Origin: Octopus bimaculoides | Lineage: Eukaryota | Length of the DNA stretch: 64,000 bases | NCBI RefSeq assembly: GCF_001194135.2 | Contig: NC_068981.1 | Span: 172,657,058 to 172,721,057, forward strand | Reading direction: 5' to 3' | Shown: one piece after another, positions 14,079 through 27,298 of the stretch | How the letters are laid out: each line of letters starts with the position of its first letter | Numbering within the stretch: the first letter of the stretch is position 1 | Position numbers and translations under genes: made by a program | Notes under the pieces: generated by a model | Database searches by the model: none | What the model was told of the DNA's origin: nothing | The model's input: the letters and a program-made list of their open reading frames with translations, nothing else

Positions 14079-14275
14079 TGTTTGTCCCCCCAACATCGTT
14101 TGACAACCAATGCTGGTGTGTTTACATCCCTGTAACTTAGCGGTTTGGTAAAAGAGACCGATAGAATAAGTACTAAGCTTGCAATGAATCAGTCCTGGGG
14201 GCGATTTGCTCGACTATAAAGGTGGTGCTCCAGCATGGCCGCAGTCAAATGACTGAAACAAGTAAAAGAGTAAAG
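13915..14275 (+). mobile_element. SINE family 1 copy spanning an N gap
   Basis: Same head and 3' module (ccgcagtcaaatgactgaaacaagtaaaagag). Confidence 0.85.
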
Positions 14276-14959
14276 AGAGAGTAAATTTACATAATATTTT
14301 AAACTTGGTTTCTCCAATAAATAGTATTTTGAAAAATATATTAACCAATTTATTATAAAGATAAAATATTTTTACCTTTTTTATATATTATCATTTTTTT
14401 ATTTTAACATGTCAGATAGATCACAGGACATCTGTATAGGTTTTCTTTTTGTTCAGATGCATTATTTTTTACTTTGGTAACATAATAATAGAAAAGAATA
14501 TCTTTTTGATATTTTTGTGTTGAGTATTATATTTGCTCATCTAAAATAAGAAATATTGAATCTCATGGTACTTTTGATGGTAGGGCAAAAGAATGTATGA
14601 AATGAGAGCAATGCCAATTTCATGAGAGAGAGCTGTCATGGATTTTGGAAGGAAATTCTGTTATACTTGAAAAATATTGGCTCTGATGTACACAATAGAA
14701 CAAACTACCTCCTAACATTCATAACATTGTGTAACCTGAATAGGCTAGATATAATATACTTTTCCAAGAAAGGTTTTATTTTATTTTTGCTTTTTCATCA
14801 ATGTCTAGAAGAATATGCATGAATATAAATAGAATAATGAATGATATTAAATATTCATTTTAGATTTTTGTCTCTTATTTATATAAAACTAAGACAATTA
14901 TTTACATGTGGATTTATAACTTTAATTAACTTGATTACTGTCTAAAATTTATATTTTCA

Positions 14960-15316
14960 TCTTTTACGTGTTTCAGTCATTTGACTGTGGCCATACTGGG
15001 GCTTTGAATTTTAGTTTTAGTTGAACAAATCAGCTCCCTAGTACTTATTCTATCACTCTGTTTTGCCAAACCAGTTTTGGGGGACTTAAATGTACCAGCA
15101 CTGGTTGTCAAATGGTGGTGGAGGGCAAGCACATCACACACACATACACATACACACACAGAGTTTCTATTGGTTTCTGTCTATCAAATTACAAGGCTTT
15201 GGTCAGTCTGAGGCTATAGTAGAAAGCACTTGCCCAAGGTTCCACTCTGTAGGATTGAACCCAGAACCATCTGGTTGGGAAGCAAGCTTCTTACCATACA
15301 GTCATGCCTGCACCTA
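14960..15316 (-). mobile_element. SINE family 1, older copy
   Basis: Co-linear diverged match to 30236-30653. Confidence 0.8.
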
Positions 15317-18169
15317 TATTTAAAATTGGTTGATTAATCAGCGGTGATCATTTCATATGTTGTTGAAATAAGAAACTTTAGTATGAAACTTTAACTTGTA
15401 ACTTAATACAGCTATTGCTGAAGTTGTAAAAATAAAATTGAGTTTTACCCTACAAAAGTTCGCGTGATCCTGGTTTTATACTGAGCAGCAATTTTTCTTT
15501 TATGATTCTGTTAAAGTAAACTTTATTGATCAGGTTAATTAATGAGGAAATTTTGAAAAAAAAATGCATTTTTGTTCATGGCAAAAGAAATTTCAGCATT
15601 GCATTTTTGTAGTTTTGTTTTAAAGAGCCATAGGTATAAGTTTCTTCACAACATTTTAAGTGCCCTTTTTATTTACAGTCTTTTGTGGGGAAAAAAATCA
15701 ACAGGAAGGGCATTCAGCCATGTAAAATCTTCCTGAACAAATTCTGTTTTACCCCATGCAAGCATGGAAAAATAGACATTAAATGAGGATGATAATGACA
15801 AGTCAAATTTTGACTGTTTCAAACATGCTTCATATTGTTTCGAGAGAGAGAGAGAGAGAGAGAGTGAATAAGACACAAATGAAAAATGTCAACAGCACAG
15901 TAACAGATAATAGATATAGGAAGATATCAAGTTCAACAATGTAGCTACTTAATGAGTTGTGATTGGTTTGTAAAGAAGTAGTTATCAACCTTATTCTTTG
16001 CTATAATAATATTCATAATTGGTATTGAGTTTTGTTCTACGGGACAAGTAAAATACTTTTTTGATTACTTCAAATTAATTTTTCTATATGATTATCTTAC
16101 TTTATAATTGTTTTGAAGAAAAAACAAATTAATGATTTCTTACATAAGTTCAATACCACATAAACAATAAAAGACTATTTGATCAAATCTCTTCCATTGT
16201 TGTGAGTTGTTTTATTGAGGAAAGAAAAGTGGACGGTGAAGTTTATCCCAGTGGCATTTATACTTTAAAAACGTAGTACCAAACTGAACATTTTAACATA
16301 CGAAATGCGTGCGTGTGTGTGTGTGTGTCCCTGCTCTCTAGTAACATCCACTTATGTTTCAATTATGAAATTTATTGTTATAATTTGACAGTTTGTGAAA
16401 GAAATAAGTGTACAAAAGAAACAGCCTGATAGTGACAGAGAACCAAAACTTCAGGGACATGAGATGCACTGTAGCAACTATCAATACAGACTGAAGGTGA
16501 TTCACTTGAAGTAAAAAAAGTTCTGCTATCAAGGTAACATAATTGGCTTTGGAAGTTATGTTACAAATGGAATAGTTGCTATTGTTCAATAAGTATGGAA
16601 GTTTTGAGAACTACAATTTTACAGACAAAACTTTACTGTATGTAGAGTATTCAGTTTCTAAAGTTCATCAAATATTGATGCTATCTAACAAAACTGATTC
16701 CTCTCAACCATACCACTTCATATACATGCAACAAAGTCTTTCTACCAATTTCTTTTTTCTTTTATCATACCTGAAGCCAAAACAACCACATCTACTAACC
16801 TACCTTTGTAGATACAATGCTGAATATTTAAATAAACAACTACTTGGATAGAATCTAAAATTACAGCTCTCATTGAATAGGTATAGAACAGTCAGTTCAA
16901 GCCTTTACCTATGAAGTAAGAGAGGAATGTACAAGTGTGTATGTTTGTATTTGTATATGTATGTGCAAATAACATTCTGCTGAATGTTATCTGCGAATTG
17001 AATTGCAGCTTGGATGTAGGCTATAAATTTTAATGACTAAAACAACCAATGAAGCAATAAAAGGAAACAAAAAGATGTTTCTAGTTTCACTGTACTTCAG
17101 AAAAGTTTCATTCCCAGTTCAACAAAAGTCTTCTTGAGAATTATCTAATGACAGATATTTTCATTTGTGTAGCTCTTTATTGAAACTCAGCAGCATTTAC
17201 TTTTGATAAATGCACACAGAACTTGACCATATCTGAATTAAAAAAGAAAAGTGCTACTGGTTTAGTCATATCAATATGTCAAAGACCATCATACAGATAC
17301 TTTCTGGCTCACATTTTTCTTGATATTCTTCTACAATTAGTTTTTGCATGTCATTGGCTTCACAAAATATATATCCTCCTACACAACAACATTTTTATTT
17401 TATTTTTTTTGTATTTAGTTTTGAGGAAGAGGAGTTGTAAGTTAATGGATAAAAATGATAGGCTTATAGTCATAATTCATTTAACTTTTACTTTAAGCAT
17501 ATTTTTGATTATACATTTTTGGTTATACATTTTCTCTAGTTCCTCTTTATCTAATTGAGAGTAAAAAAGAGGAATGTTTTAAAAATAATAAATAATAAGG
17601 CTGATAAAACAGTCAATTATTTTATTCATCCAGAACAGATATTTTGATTGCTCTTTTGGAATTTAACACAATGAATTACATTTTTTCAGGAAATGACATC
17701 ACTTAATCTATCCCTCAAATAATAATAATAATAACTGGTACTTATTTCATCAATTCCTGAAGAGTAAAAAACTTTCAGGAGTGGGGGAATTTGACATAAG
17801 AACAGGAAGAGATGTAACTAAATACTTACGGCATTTTGCCTGTCACTCTACTCATTCTAATCTTTCACAGCCCTCTTTCATATTCACTATAAATGATTTC
17901 TTAAGTACGTACAAAACCAGAAAGAGAGGACAGTTAATTAACCGACTCCGGTTTTAACTGGTACAAGTTTATCAACCCTTGGAAGAATGAAAAGCAGGGA
18001 AAAAAAGGATGCTCTTGGGGAATAATAACAACACACTGGTGCAAAGCCATAAAATTTGCTGAGGAAGGCTATAGTAAATTAAATTGGTGCCAAAGCATTC
18101 TTTGTCCTTATTTTATTCAATACTGAAGTTGAACGTACCACTAGTTGCTTCCAAACTAGCTACTTCCAG

Positions 18170-18400
18170 TAAAGATTGTTTGCCAACATAACATGGCAGT
18201 CCTGGTTTAGGACAAATGTTGCTGTAATTTAGCCTCAGGAGACATCGTCTCCAGCTGGCTATACGACACGANNNNNNNNNNAGGAGACATCGTCTCCAGC
18301 TGGCTATACGACACGATCTGCGTCCTTATATTTTCGAACAAGGGAATCTAGCATCCCCACTCAGCTCAAAACAATATCTGTGTATTGTGATTTCCGGGTT
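18170..18400. mobile_element. Single arm of the same foldback element, less decayed
   Basis: Co-linear with the left arm of 29542-29889 and retains CpGs lost there. It continues into non-palindromic sequence instead of folding back. Confidence 0.85.
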
Positions 18401-18445
18401 ATTTTCCTTCATCAGTACAGAATAAGTGTTCGGCTAGAGGTGAAT

Positions 18446-19930
18446 TTTTTTATTAGGATAATTAATATCGTACATAGAGGGGACAAAACAGGACAATACA
18501 AACAATTATTGTTATTATGAGTTCGTATGGTACTTAGTTTTTAAAAATATTGAATGATATGTAATTAAAATTTGACCTTTACTCTTGGGAGTGGGATTAA
18601 ACCTGATGGGCTGAAAAGCCCAGCAGCTAACTATACCTTTTCCTTTTCCTATGAGGATTAAGCAGGGTCACATGCACCCACCTTTCTTACCACAGCCTTT
18701 CATCTTTTCTCAAACTCACCTCACGACAAGCAGCTCCTCTCCAACCCTGTCTTGCTCTTCAGATGATATCTGAAGTATGTTAGCAAACCAGGGCCAGAGA
18801 TGAAGGATCCTGTCACGAGTCCTTGCAATCTTGTCTTCCACACACACTCTTTCAACACTGCAACTGAACAGAGAAAACATGCCTCACCTTCCTTTGAGAG
18901 TTCAGTTGGTGACACAATCTTTATCATAGACTCAGCTGATAGCTGTATTCTGCCTAGGTGTGACAACACATGTTCAACGTAAATTATCATGCCTGAAAGT
19001 TTCTGGCACTGTACAAAAGTATGCTGGATGGTTTCATCATCCAGCCCACATCTTGGACATGCCATTGGCATTGACATTCCATGCCTGGATAACTTATCGC
19101 GAACAGGTAAAGCGTTCCTGTAGCGTTGCCAGGTCAGGGCTTTTTGATAATTATCCAAATACCCCGGCCTGAAAGTTTTTTGGAACAGGTTGGCAAGTTG
19201 GTTCTCATCAAACCCGAGAGCCCCTCCAAGGACGTCATCATTTTTAAACTCTACTAGTCCTTTATACAAAACCAAGGTGGTATTCCCACTGCCGGCCTTG
19301 CCTGTCTTGTGGATTAGCATGAGTACCTGTCAACACTCCTTTTGCCATTCTGTCAGATTACATCTTTTAATAAAACCAGGTTTGAAGCTCTCCAAAGAGG
19401 CTGGTCGTGGAAAGAATTCCTCTGCCAGCAGATTCCACACCTTGTCACCCTCCAAGTAGTGCCAGAGATGTCTCAGCCTCAACGCATGTCTGCACATCAT
19501 TAGCCAGGGCATCCCTAACCCACCCTTTAATGGTTCTTGGCAGCAGAAGGAGCACCTCACAAGTGGCTTTCCTCCTTTCCACAATAAGCGGAAGAGGAGG
19601 CGCTCCAACTTGTTTAGCCACGAGTTGGGGCAAGGGACAACGGTTAGGCGGTAGGTGATTACAGATGCAATAAACACCTGTACCACCTCTGCCCTTCCTT
19701 TCAAGGACAGAGCCCATCTGAACCAAATCTGAACTACAGCCTCCACCCTGACTGCAACCTCACTCCAATTCTTCTACGTCTGGGAGTCCAGTCCAAACCA
19801 GACTCCAAGCAACTTAACAGAACCATCTGTCCAGTGACCCACGACACTGGACGATATGGACTTGTCCTTGTTAACTTTTGTCCTTGCCACTGCCTTGTAT
19901 CCTTTGATAGTGTCCTGTACACTGCATGCA
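18446..19930 (-). mobile_element. 5'-truncated L1/Tx1-clade non-LTR retrotransposon (ORF2 C-terminal part plus 3' UTR), degraded
   Basis: Frameshifted ORFs 19734-19931, 19330-19746 and 18721-19320 carry KVNKDKS and KLLGVWFG (RT end), LSLKGRAEVVQ, GGLGMP, the zinc-knuckle CPRCGLDDETIQHTFVQC and terminal FEKRW. The minus strand ends in AATAAAAAAA near 18446. Confidence 0.88.
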
Positions 19931-21689
19931 TCAGTCATTTACATTAAATTTCTGCATTAGGGTAAATGCCTCACATATTTACAACATTGTTTTTGGTGTC
20001 TTGTCACTTTGTCATATCACACTCAAGTAAATATTTTTTCAATAAAATTCCTATTGTGTTTAAGACCACAGCTATAAATTCAGAAACTCTAGTCTAACAA
20101 GTTCAGTACTTGAAATATTCTTATTAAAAAGTCAAATATGAATTAAGGTTTGAAAATGTATTTGATCAGTACTTAGGCACTAGCTTAAGCTAAATAGCTT
20201 TCTTTAAATTTGGTAAATTTTATTCACTTAGAATTGTAACATTTTATGTTGTCTTAATTTTTGGTACCAAACTCCAGATATATAGGTTTCTGATTTACTG
20301 TACATTTTCTTGTCTCCCTGAGTAAGTCACTTAATTCTACTTGCCATGCAAATAAAGGTTTCATATCTAATTAAGAAATTATTATTATTGTAACCATCTA
20401 CTTCAATTTCCTATCAACTCAGAGTTTTCTGAATCACTAATTACTTGAGAAAAACTTTCAAGTGTTAGCAAAAGCACACTGTAAAACTTTGACATAGATG
20501 CTTTGTATATGAAAAATACTTAATGTTGGTCCTAATTTCGTATGGCTTTTCGTTTGTTTTTAACTCCAGTAAATGATAACAGGTGTTGAACCAGCTCAAA
20601 ATAACTTGGACTTTGTACCAAATCAAGCTAACGGTCAGCTTATCTCTACTCATAAATCTATTTATGTCTACTTTTCAGTTTCTCAAATGAAAAACAAAGT
20701 GTTAAATTGAAGACTAAAAATATTCAAATACTAATACACCAAGCAAATAATAATCTGACATTTTTCAATATGTGTAAATGAAATTACAACAATAACTCAC
20801 TCTCTCATTAAAGTAAAGGAAAGCCAACATTATAAGTTATTTATAAAGGAAAATTACTTTTAGTATCTGTTTGTGTATGATAATGTAGAACTTTTCATAT
20901 TACAGTATTTTTTTTTTCTCTTTGTCTCATAAAAGTATACCACAGTGATCTTAACATAAAATTGTTTACTTCTTTGACCTCTTGTGAATATGTCCCACTT
21001 TGTGTCTGTATACACATATATGTACATTGGTGATTGCACATGTATACATGAAGTTCAAGACTGAACACAAAACTTTTGTTGTTAAAAGAAAACTTAATAG
21101 GAAGTTCTCAGCTTTTCAAGAGCTTTTGCTCTCTTTCTCTCTCAACCCCCCCCCCCCTCATAAATACTCGTTTCTAACATTGACACTGGTCAAAAATGTT
21201 GAGAGATGGTCATAGTTAATTAAATTAAATCTTTTTCTGTTAACCCCAGAAGAATTCAGGGCAAATTCAGTCCTTGCAGGATTTGAACAAAGAATATAAA
21301 TACTATAATCTATATCTGTATCATTTCTGCTATTGACTGCCTTCATAAATAATAATAATCCTTTCTACTAAAGGCACAAGGCTTGAAATTTTGGAGGAGG
21401 GGGCAAGGCAATTATATCAACCTCAGTACATAACTGGTACTTATTTGATCAACCCTTAAAGAATGAAAAGCCAAGTCAACCATAGTGGATTTAAGCTATT
21501 GTAATCTTTATTTCTGCTAAGTTGAAGAAATGTAGAGCTATGGACTAAATGTTTTTTCTTTCTTAGTTTAAATTATACCTGGATCAATAAAATAAATACC
21601 AAACATATACTGTGAGTTCCTCATAAGTTTGTGACTTTATGCTAGTGTAAGGAATTGTTGGTTAGTCTGAAGAAGTAAATTCGTATCCG

Positions 21690-22160
21690 CAGCCTCTGCA
21701 GACTCTCTTAGACTGCTGAAGTTGATATGGTTGATGATGCTTAAAATTCTGAAAATTGATGCTTATAAGGAAGCTTGGGTAAGAAAAGACTTCCAGATAG
21801 TCTCAGTTCTCAGGAAAAAGAATTATGCAAGGTGTTTAATACAAGGTCTTTGAGATAAGATAGCAGGGATGATAAGCTGGGATTTAATGAAGGTGGTACA
21901 ATTTGCTAGTGGAGTTAGTTCTTCTGTACTGTACAAGTTGTAGCCTGTTGATGAGTAAAGCAAAATGCAATTCAGAATGTTTGAAGTTGTTACAGCAGTA
22001 GTATCTCAGATGTATTAGCAGTAGTCTAATGTGGGCTACACTTGAGCTTTGTACTCAAGTACAGTTTGAGAATTGAAGTGGTTTGGGCTCCGAAGGGAAA
22101 AGATAACCTTTGGGAAACAGTTTTGGTTACATTATAGATGCATGGTTGAGCTATTTGGTA
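21690..22160 (-). mobile_element. Degraded CR1/L2-type LINE ORF2 C-terminal fragment
   Basis: Minus strand YKAQV*PTLDYC; shares tacacttgagctttgta with the 2070-2520 copy; many stops. Confidence 0.6.
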
Positions 22161-23359
22161 AGAGAATGATACCCACTTTTTGAAATAAATGTTTTTAAAG
22201 CATACTTTTAGAAAAGGTTGTAATTATATTCTGTATAGTGTCTATATTCTCATAGATACTGTTACTGCCATCACATTTTGTTCCATATTTTGGCTGGATT
22301 TGTAATATTACTTTTTCTGACTTACTCATTACATCAAGTCTAACTACTATGTACATATCTCTGCTAGTTTTCTTATTTTCTAGCTACAATCAATTATCTG
22401 TCCTTCACCTTAACACTCATAGTAACCTAACTTCTTCTTATACACACTTTTTTCTTAAAATATACAAATCTCAAGCCATGTTGTTCTTTGTTTTATTTAT
22501 TTATTTTGAAATTCTCTAATATTTACCTTAATGTCAGTCGAAAATTTGCAACTGTTGAATGAATATCATTGCAATCTCACAATCTCAACAAAAAGTACAC
22601 AAACACAAGTGTTACTTCTCAAATGTCAACACTGATAAATAAAACCATGGTTACATCGTAACATATTTATAAAGACGTATGCAGTTGAAGATATTTTAAC
22701 ATCTTACACAATTTATCATTTTTTATTCATTGGCAACGTATTTATGGAAGCTTTGCAAGTTAGTAGTTCCTAAGACAAAAGAATTCTTAGGCAGCTTTGG
22801 TATCAAAATAGTAGACACCAGAAGTTCATGATTTTTCTGCGTGTGCTTTGCTTTGAGAATTTTCAGTCAAAACAAGGTCTGCCAACCAACCCCAGTTTTT
22901 TCTCATTTTAGAGATGTCTTTTGCCAGTTTAAGAATCTCAACCATGCCAAAATTATTTGGATCTGTTCTATTTTATTTCTCAGCTATGCATTATCTCCAG
23001 TTAACTTACTTGGTGATTATATTGATATGAAACTTGCAGATTAATTTTGAATGGAAAAAGATATTTTTTAAACAGTTTTCTTTTTTCTCGTTTTGAACAT
23101 TTTTTCTAAACTTTTTCCAACGATGAATGTATTTTTTTAAAAATTAAGATTTTATATGGGCTGAATTGCATTGGAGAAGGTATTTAAAGAATCAAGATAT
23201 TTTTCTTCTATTGGAAACTCAGCAACAGACAGACTCACTCTAAAGATGTTTAAATTATTTATTAGTAAATCACAGTTATTTATCAAGACATTTGAGTATG
23301 CCACTTATTTAAACAAAATTTTAAAAATTATTATTATTGAGTGAGTGAGTGAGTGAGAG

Positions 23360-23830
23360 AGCAATGCATTCCATCAAAGTGACACTGGGGTACAAATATA
23401 CGAAGCCCAATATACCTATCAGGATCTCATATCAGGATAAACATGATCTTGCAAGTGGTACTGAGTTAGAATTTTCTTCAGGTTGAATAGCCCATCTGGT
23501 TCAGAAGGTCGCTGAATAAAGTTTTAAGGATGATGAATGAAACACCTATATTTCCAGAGCTGAATTATTCAAACCCAAAAGAGTCCCTCTCAACATATGG
23601 CTATGATGCTCCTGCACTGCTTGTGCTCATGATCAGAGATGCACATATCATCAGCCACTAAAGGACATGCTCAACTGGTTATGGTCAAGCAACTGACAAG
23701 CAGATCTGGTACTGCAGAATATTTGCTGTAGCACCTCTTTTACACCAAAACAAAACATGTACATGATAACACTTCCAATCAGTTAAGATCAGAAGCCATG
23801 AGAGCCCCTGTCTGGTATTGCATTGGGCAT
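23360..23830. repeat. Probable interspersed repeat, unclassified
   Basis: More GC-rich island bounded by (GTGA)n and (ATT)n. Resembles a high-copy octopus repeat as I recall it; single copy in this window. Confidence 0.4.
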
Positions 23831-24732
23831 TTATTATTATTATTATTAACTAGTAGAGTTGTTAGCACATCAAACAAAATGCTTACCAGCTCTTTACATT
23901 TTGAATGTAAATACTGCCAAGGTCAACTTTTCCCTTCATCCTGTTGGGATCAATAAGTACTAGTTGAACATTGAGGCTAATATAATCAACTAAACTCTTC
24001 CCTCAAAATTGCTAGCCTAGTGCCAAAATTAGAAAGATTTATTATAATTTTAAAATACAATCGTTGTTGATGATTCTGTGAGGTTGTTTCACATTTTATA
24101 TCACCTCCACATACCATTCTTGCAACTTTCAATCATTATTTCTGGAGAGATTTTGCATGTATTTTAATATTTTCCCTCAAATTCTCCACCACTAATTTTA
24201 AACTGTTTTTAATTAGTTTGTTTGGTGATGGTGAGGAGATAGAGAGAGTGAGGTTCAGCTGCTAAAATACTTGTATATTGACTAGAAAGTTAGGAATTCA
24301 TTCCCAAGCACTGAACTCCTCTAACTAGTCAAGTTAGACCCATCATACATAGTGCAGTGAAGGGGAAAATTTCAATGAATTAATAATACTTATATGGGGA
24401 GAAGAAAACACCAACTGAATGATTACTATTAATTTAATTTGATCTTAGTAATTATGGGCAACAACTCAAGATAGGTTTTGTTCTTGTTAGACCTCTCAGC
24501 TAGTTAACTGTAACCTATGTAACTAGGCTATGGTTAACCAAACTTAGAATGAGTACCTTTTGTAATTGAAAGTTGAGTTGTTGTGTTAGAAAGAACACCC
24601 TAATATAAAAGTAAAAAAATGTTTCTAAAGTATAAGTAATTATGTGCAGACATTAAAACAAAATTCTCACAAGCATTTATTTAAAATTGTTGCCTTGGAA
24701 AAATATTGCACTGGCATAAAAAAGGTTTTATC

Positions 24733-24785
<53 letters not shown>

Positions 24786-27298
24786 NNNNNNNNNNNNNNN
24801 NNNNNNNNNNNNNNNNNNNNNNNNNNNNNNNNNNNNNNNNNNNNNNNNNNNNNNNNNNNNNNNNNNNNNNNNNNNNNNNNNNNNNNNNNNNNNNNNNNNN
24901 NNNNNNNNNNNNNNNNNNNNNNNNNNNNNNNNNNNNNNNNNNNNNNNNNNNNNNNNNNNNNNNNNNNNNNNNNNNNNNNNNNNNNNNNNNNNNNNNNNNN
25001 NNNNNNNNNNNNNNNNNNNNNNNNNNNNNNNNNNNNNNNNNNNNNNNNNNNNNNNNNNNNNNNNNNNNNNNNNNNNNNNCACAGGTAGTAGAAATTTTCT
25101 GGTTTCATGTTCTTATTAAGTAACCAGAAAAGTACATATGGTCACTTTGAACGGGTGGGAGTGACAATAGATTTTGTTGCCTTCAAACAACACAAAAATT
25201 GTGATATTTAGCAGGATACAGGTTGAATATTTCCCTACATTAGGTGTTTTTGCAATTGAAGCATGTACTTTCTAGTGAATGAAGAACTGCTATAACTGGT
25301 TTTTGAAAATTTAATATTTTTCATGTAAGGATTATTTTTATTTTACAGTCTGTACCAAAGCATGGAAAATCTAAACTGTGGTGATAAATATTTACATTAA
25401 CTTTTTTTAAATCTTTGATGCAAGCAAGGTTGTGTTTGTTGGGAGTTTACTTTGGACAAGAAACTTCTACTATTGCTTAGGATTGACCAATAACTTAAAA
25501 ATATATGTGTGTGTGTGTGTGTGTACCCTAACCCTAACCCTTAGGGTTAGGGTTGTGTTTGTGTATTTATGTGTATCTTTCACCAATTTATATCAATCAT
25601 CAGTGTGAGAGACAGGGAAAAGAGTAGTGTTTTACAAAGTAAGACACTAAGTGCATTGGATTAGACGCACTTTGTCACACTCACTATCAGTAATGCAGTA
25701 AACCAGTGATTGACTTATTGGAAATCTGTAACCAACAATACTTTGTTCACTAATTATTTGTTAATAAATTATTGTCCTTGATCATATTATTATTGCAAAA
25801 GAGTTACTTCTGATTATCAGTTCCTAAGTTTTGCATATCCTGCTGTAACCCAATATATCTTGTGGCTTCAAGTTTATTTTAAATTCTCCTTTATTTGAGA
25901 TGACATTAATCAGATAAAATTAAAAAGATATAGACAGTGTTTTAATCAGGAGTGTTTTTCATTTGTTTTAAGGCAAATCTTAATCTGCTTCATAGCCAAT
26001 GACTAAGAAATATGTAAACTGGTTATTTAGTCTTGTTTGTTGTTCCAAACTAGATTCTGAAGATCTTGCATTATTCACTGCAATGACCACTTGTGTTTTT
26101 TCCTTCCTTTATTACCTTTTTTCCTGTTCTATTACAGTAGTCATCAATAAACCTTGCAAATGATCTTTGATTAGTCTATTTCCAAATTCCTAAGTAGTAT
26201 CAATTGTAAGAGTTTCAGAGGGCCTGTCAAAGCTATGGTCATAACCCCTTCTTCCAAACCAGACTAATGAAAACAAAATTTTGCAATCTTATCATTTGAC
26301 TTGTATGAAACATGTCGAAACCATTGACCTAAAAGGAAATGTTTTGTTGACCAATGTTCAGAGATAAAATTGTTGTTGTTGATTTTGTTAGAAGAAACAA
26401 TTGTAGAAACTCTCAATAGTTCATTTTATTGACTCTCCAGACCTCCGAAGTATTTAAGGCCATTTCTTACTCTGTACAGTTACACTGAACAAGTCTTAAA
26501 AACCAGATAAAAGATGAAATTACATCTGGGGATAAAAATTTTATAGAAAAAAGAAAATTTACTTGTTACTGAAACTTGTAACCAACTGGATATTGATCTT
26601 AATGTTGTATTTGAAAATGTTCACAATATTTTATTTCTATGCATTGGTTAAGTTTACATTTGAGTTTGACACTAATTTCTTCTGTCACTGACTCTCTTAG
26701 TTTCTTTTATGTAAACCTAATATTTATTTTATACTGCCAAAGTAAACATTTACATACATATTCCAGTTAGAACTGGCATAGCAGAAATGTTTGTCTCACA
26801 TTTTAAAACGACTGTAATTTTGATCTAAGTGATTTTTGTCACTCTAGAAAAGGGAATATGTTTATAAGTATTTTACTAATTTCAAAGCTTACATTCTTTC
26901 ACTAATTATGGAAAGGTTGCAGAAAACTTGTTCTTGTAAATTGTTATCATTTGCAAATATTTTCTTACAGTATATTTGGCATTTTCAAAACTGAAACTGT
27001 GCCACTAGTTATTTCTTTTCTATCTCAATTGTATCTTAAAGTAGCTTATTTATAATTTTTTTATATATATTAAACCTGCCCATTGAAATAGAAATTATTG
27101 CTACTTTTTTTTTTAAATGATTTTCCTGTTTTCTCTTGCAACAATGGTTTCTGTCATTTTTTTTTTAAAGGAAAAAGTAATTTATGTGAGGAACAAAATA
27201 AAATTAATCATTAGAATTATGAAATAAACAATAAATTTGGACCCCAAAAAAACGATGCAAATCGTAAAGTGTCTACAGATTGTCATTGTTAAAAGAGA

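Noticed and set aside
18237-18316. 35-bp direct repeat (aggagacatcgtctccagctggctatacgacacga) either side of a 10-N gap
   Set aside because: Exact duplication around a short gap, absent from the homologous 29542 copy: most likely a contig-overlap assembly artefact.
24644-25123. Long ORFs across N gaps and microsatellites (also about 6500-6818, 39341-39934, 44424-44857, 61553-62196)
   Set aside because: Artefacts of translating Ns and dinucleotide repeats.
25349-25385. Strong-looking acceptor tttattttacag followed by SVPKHGKSKL
   Set aside because: In-frame stop follows and no credible donor was found.
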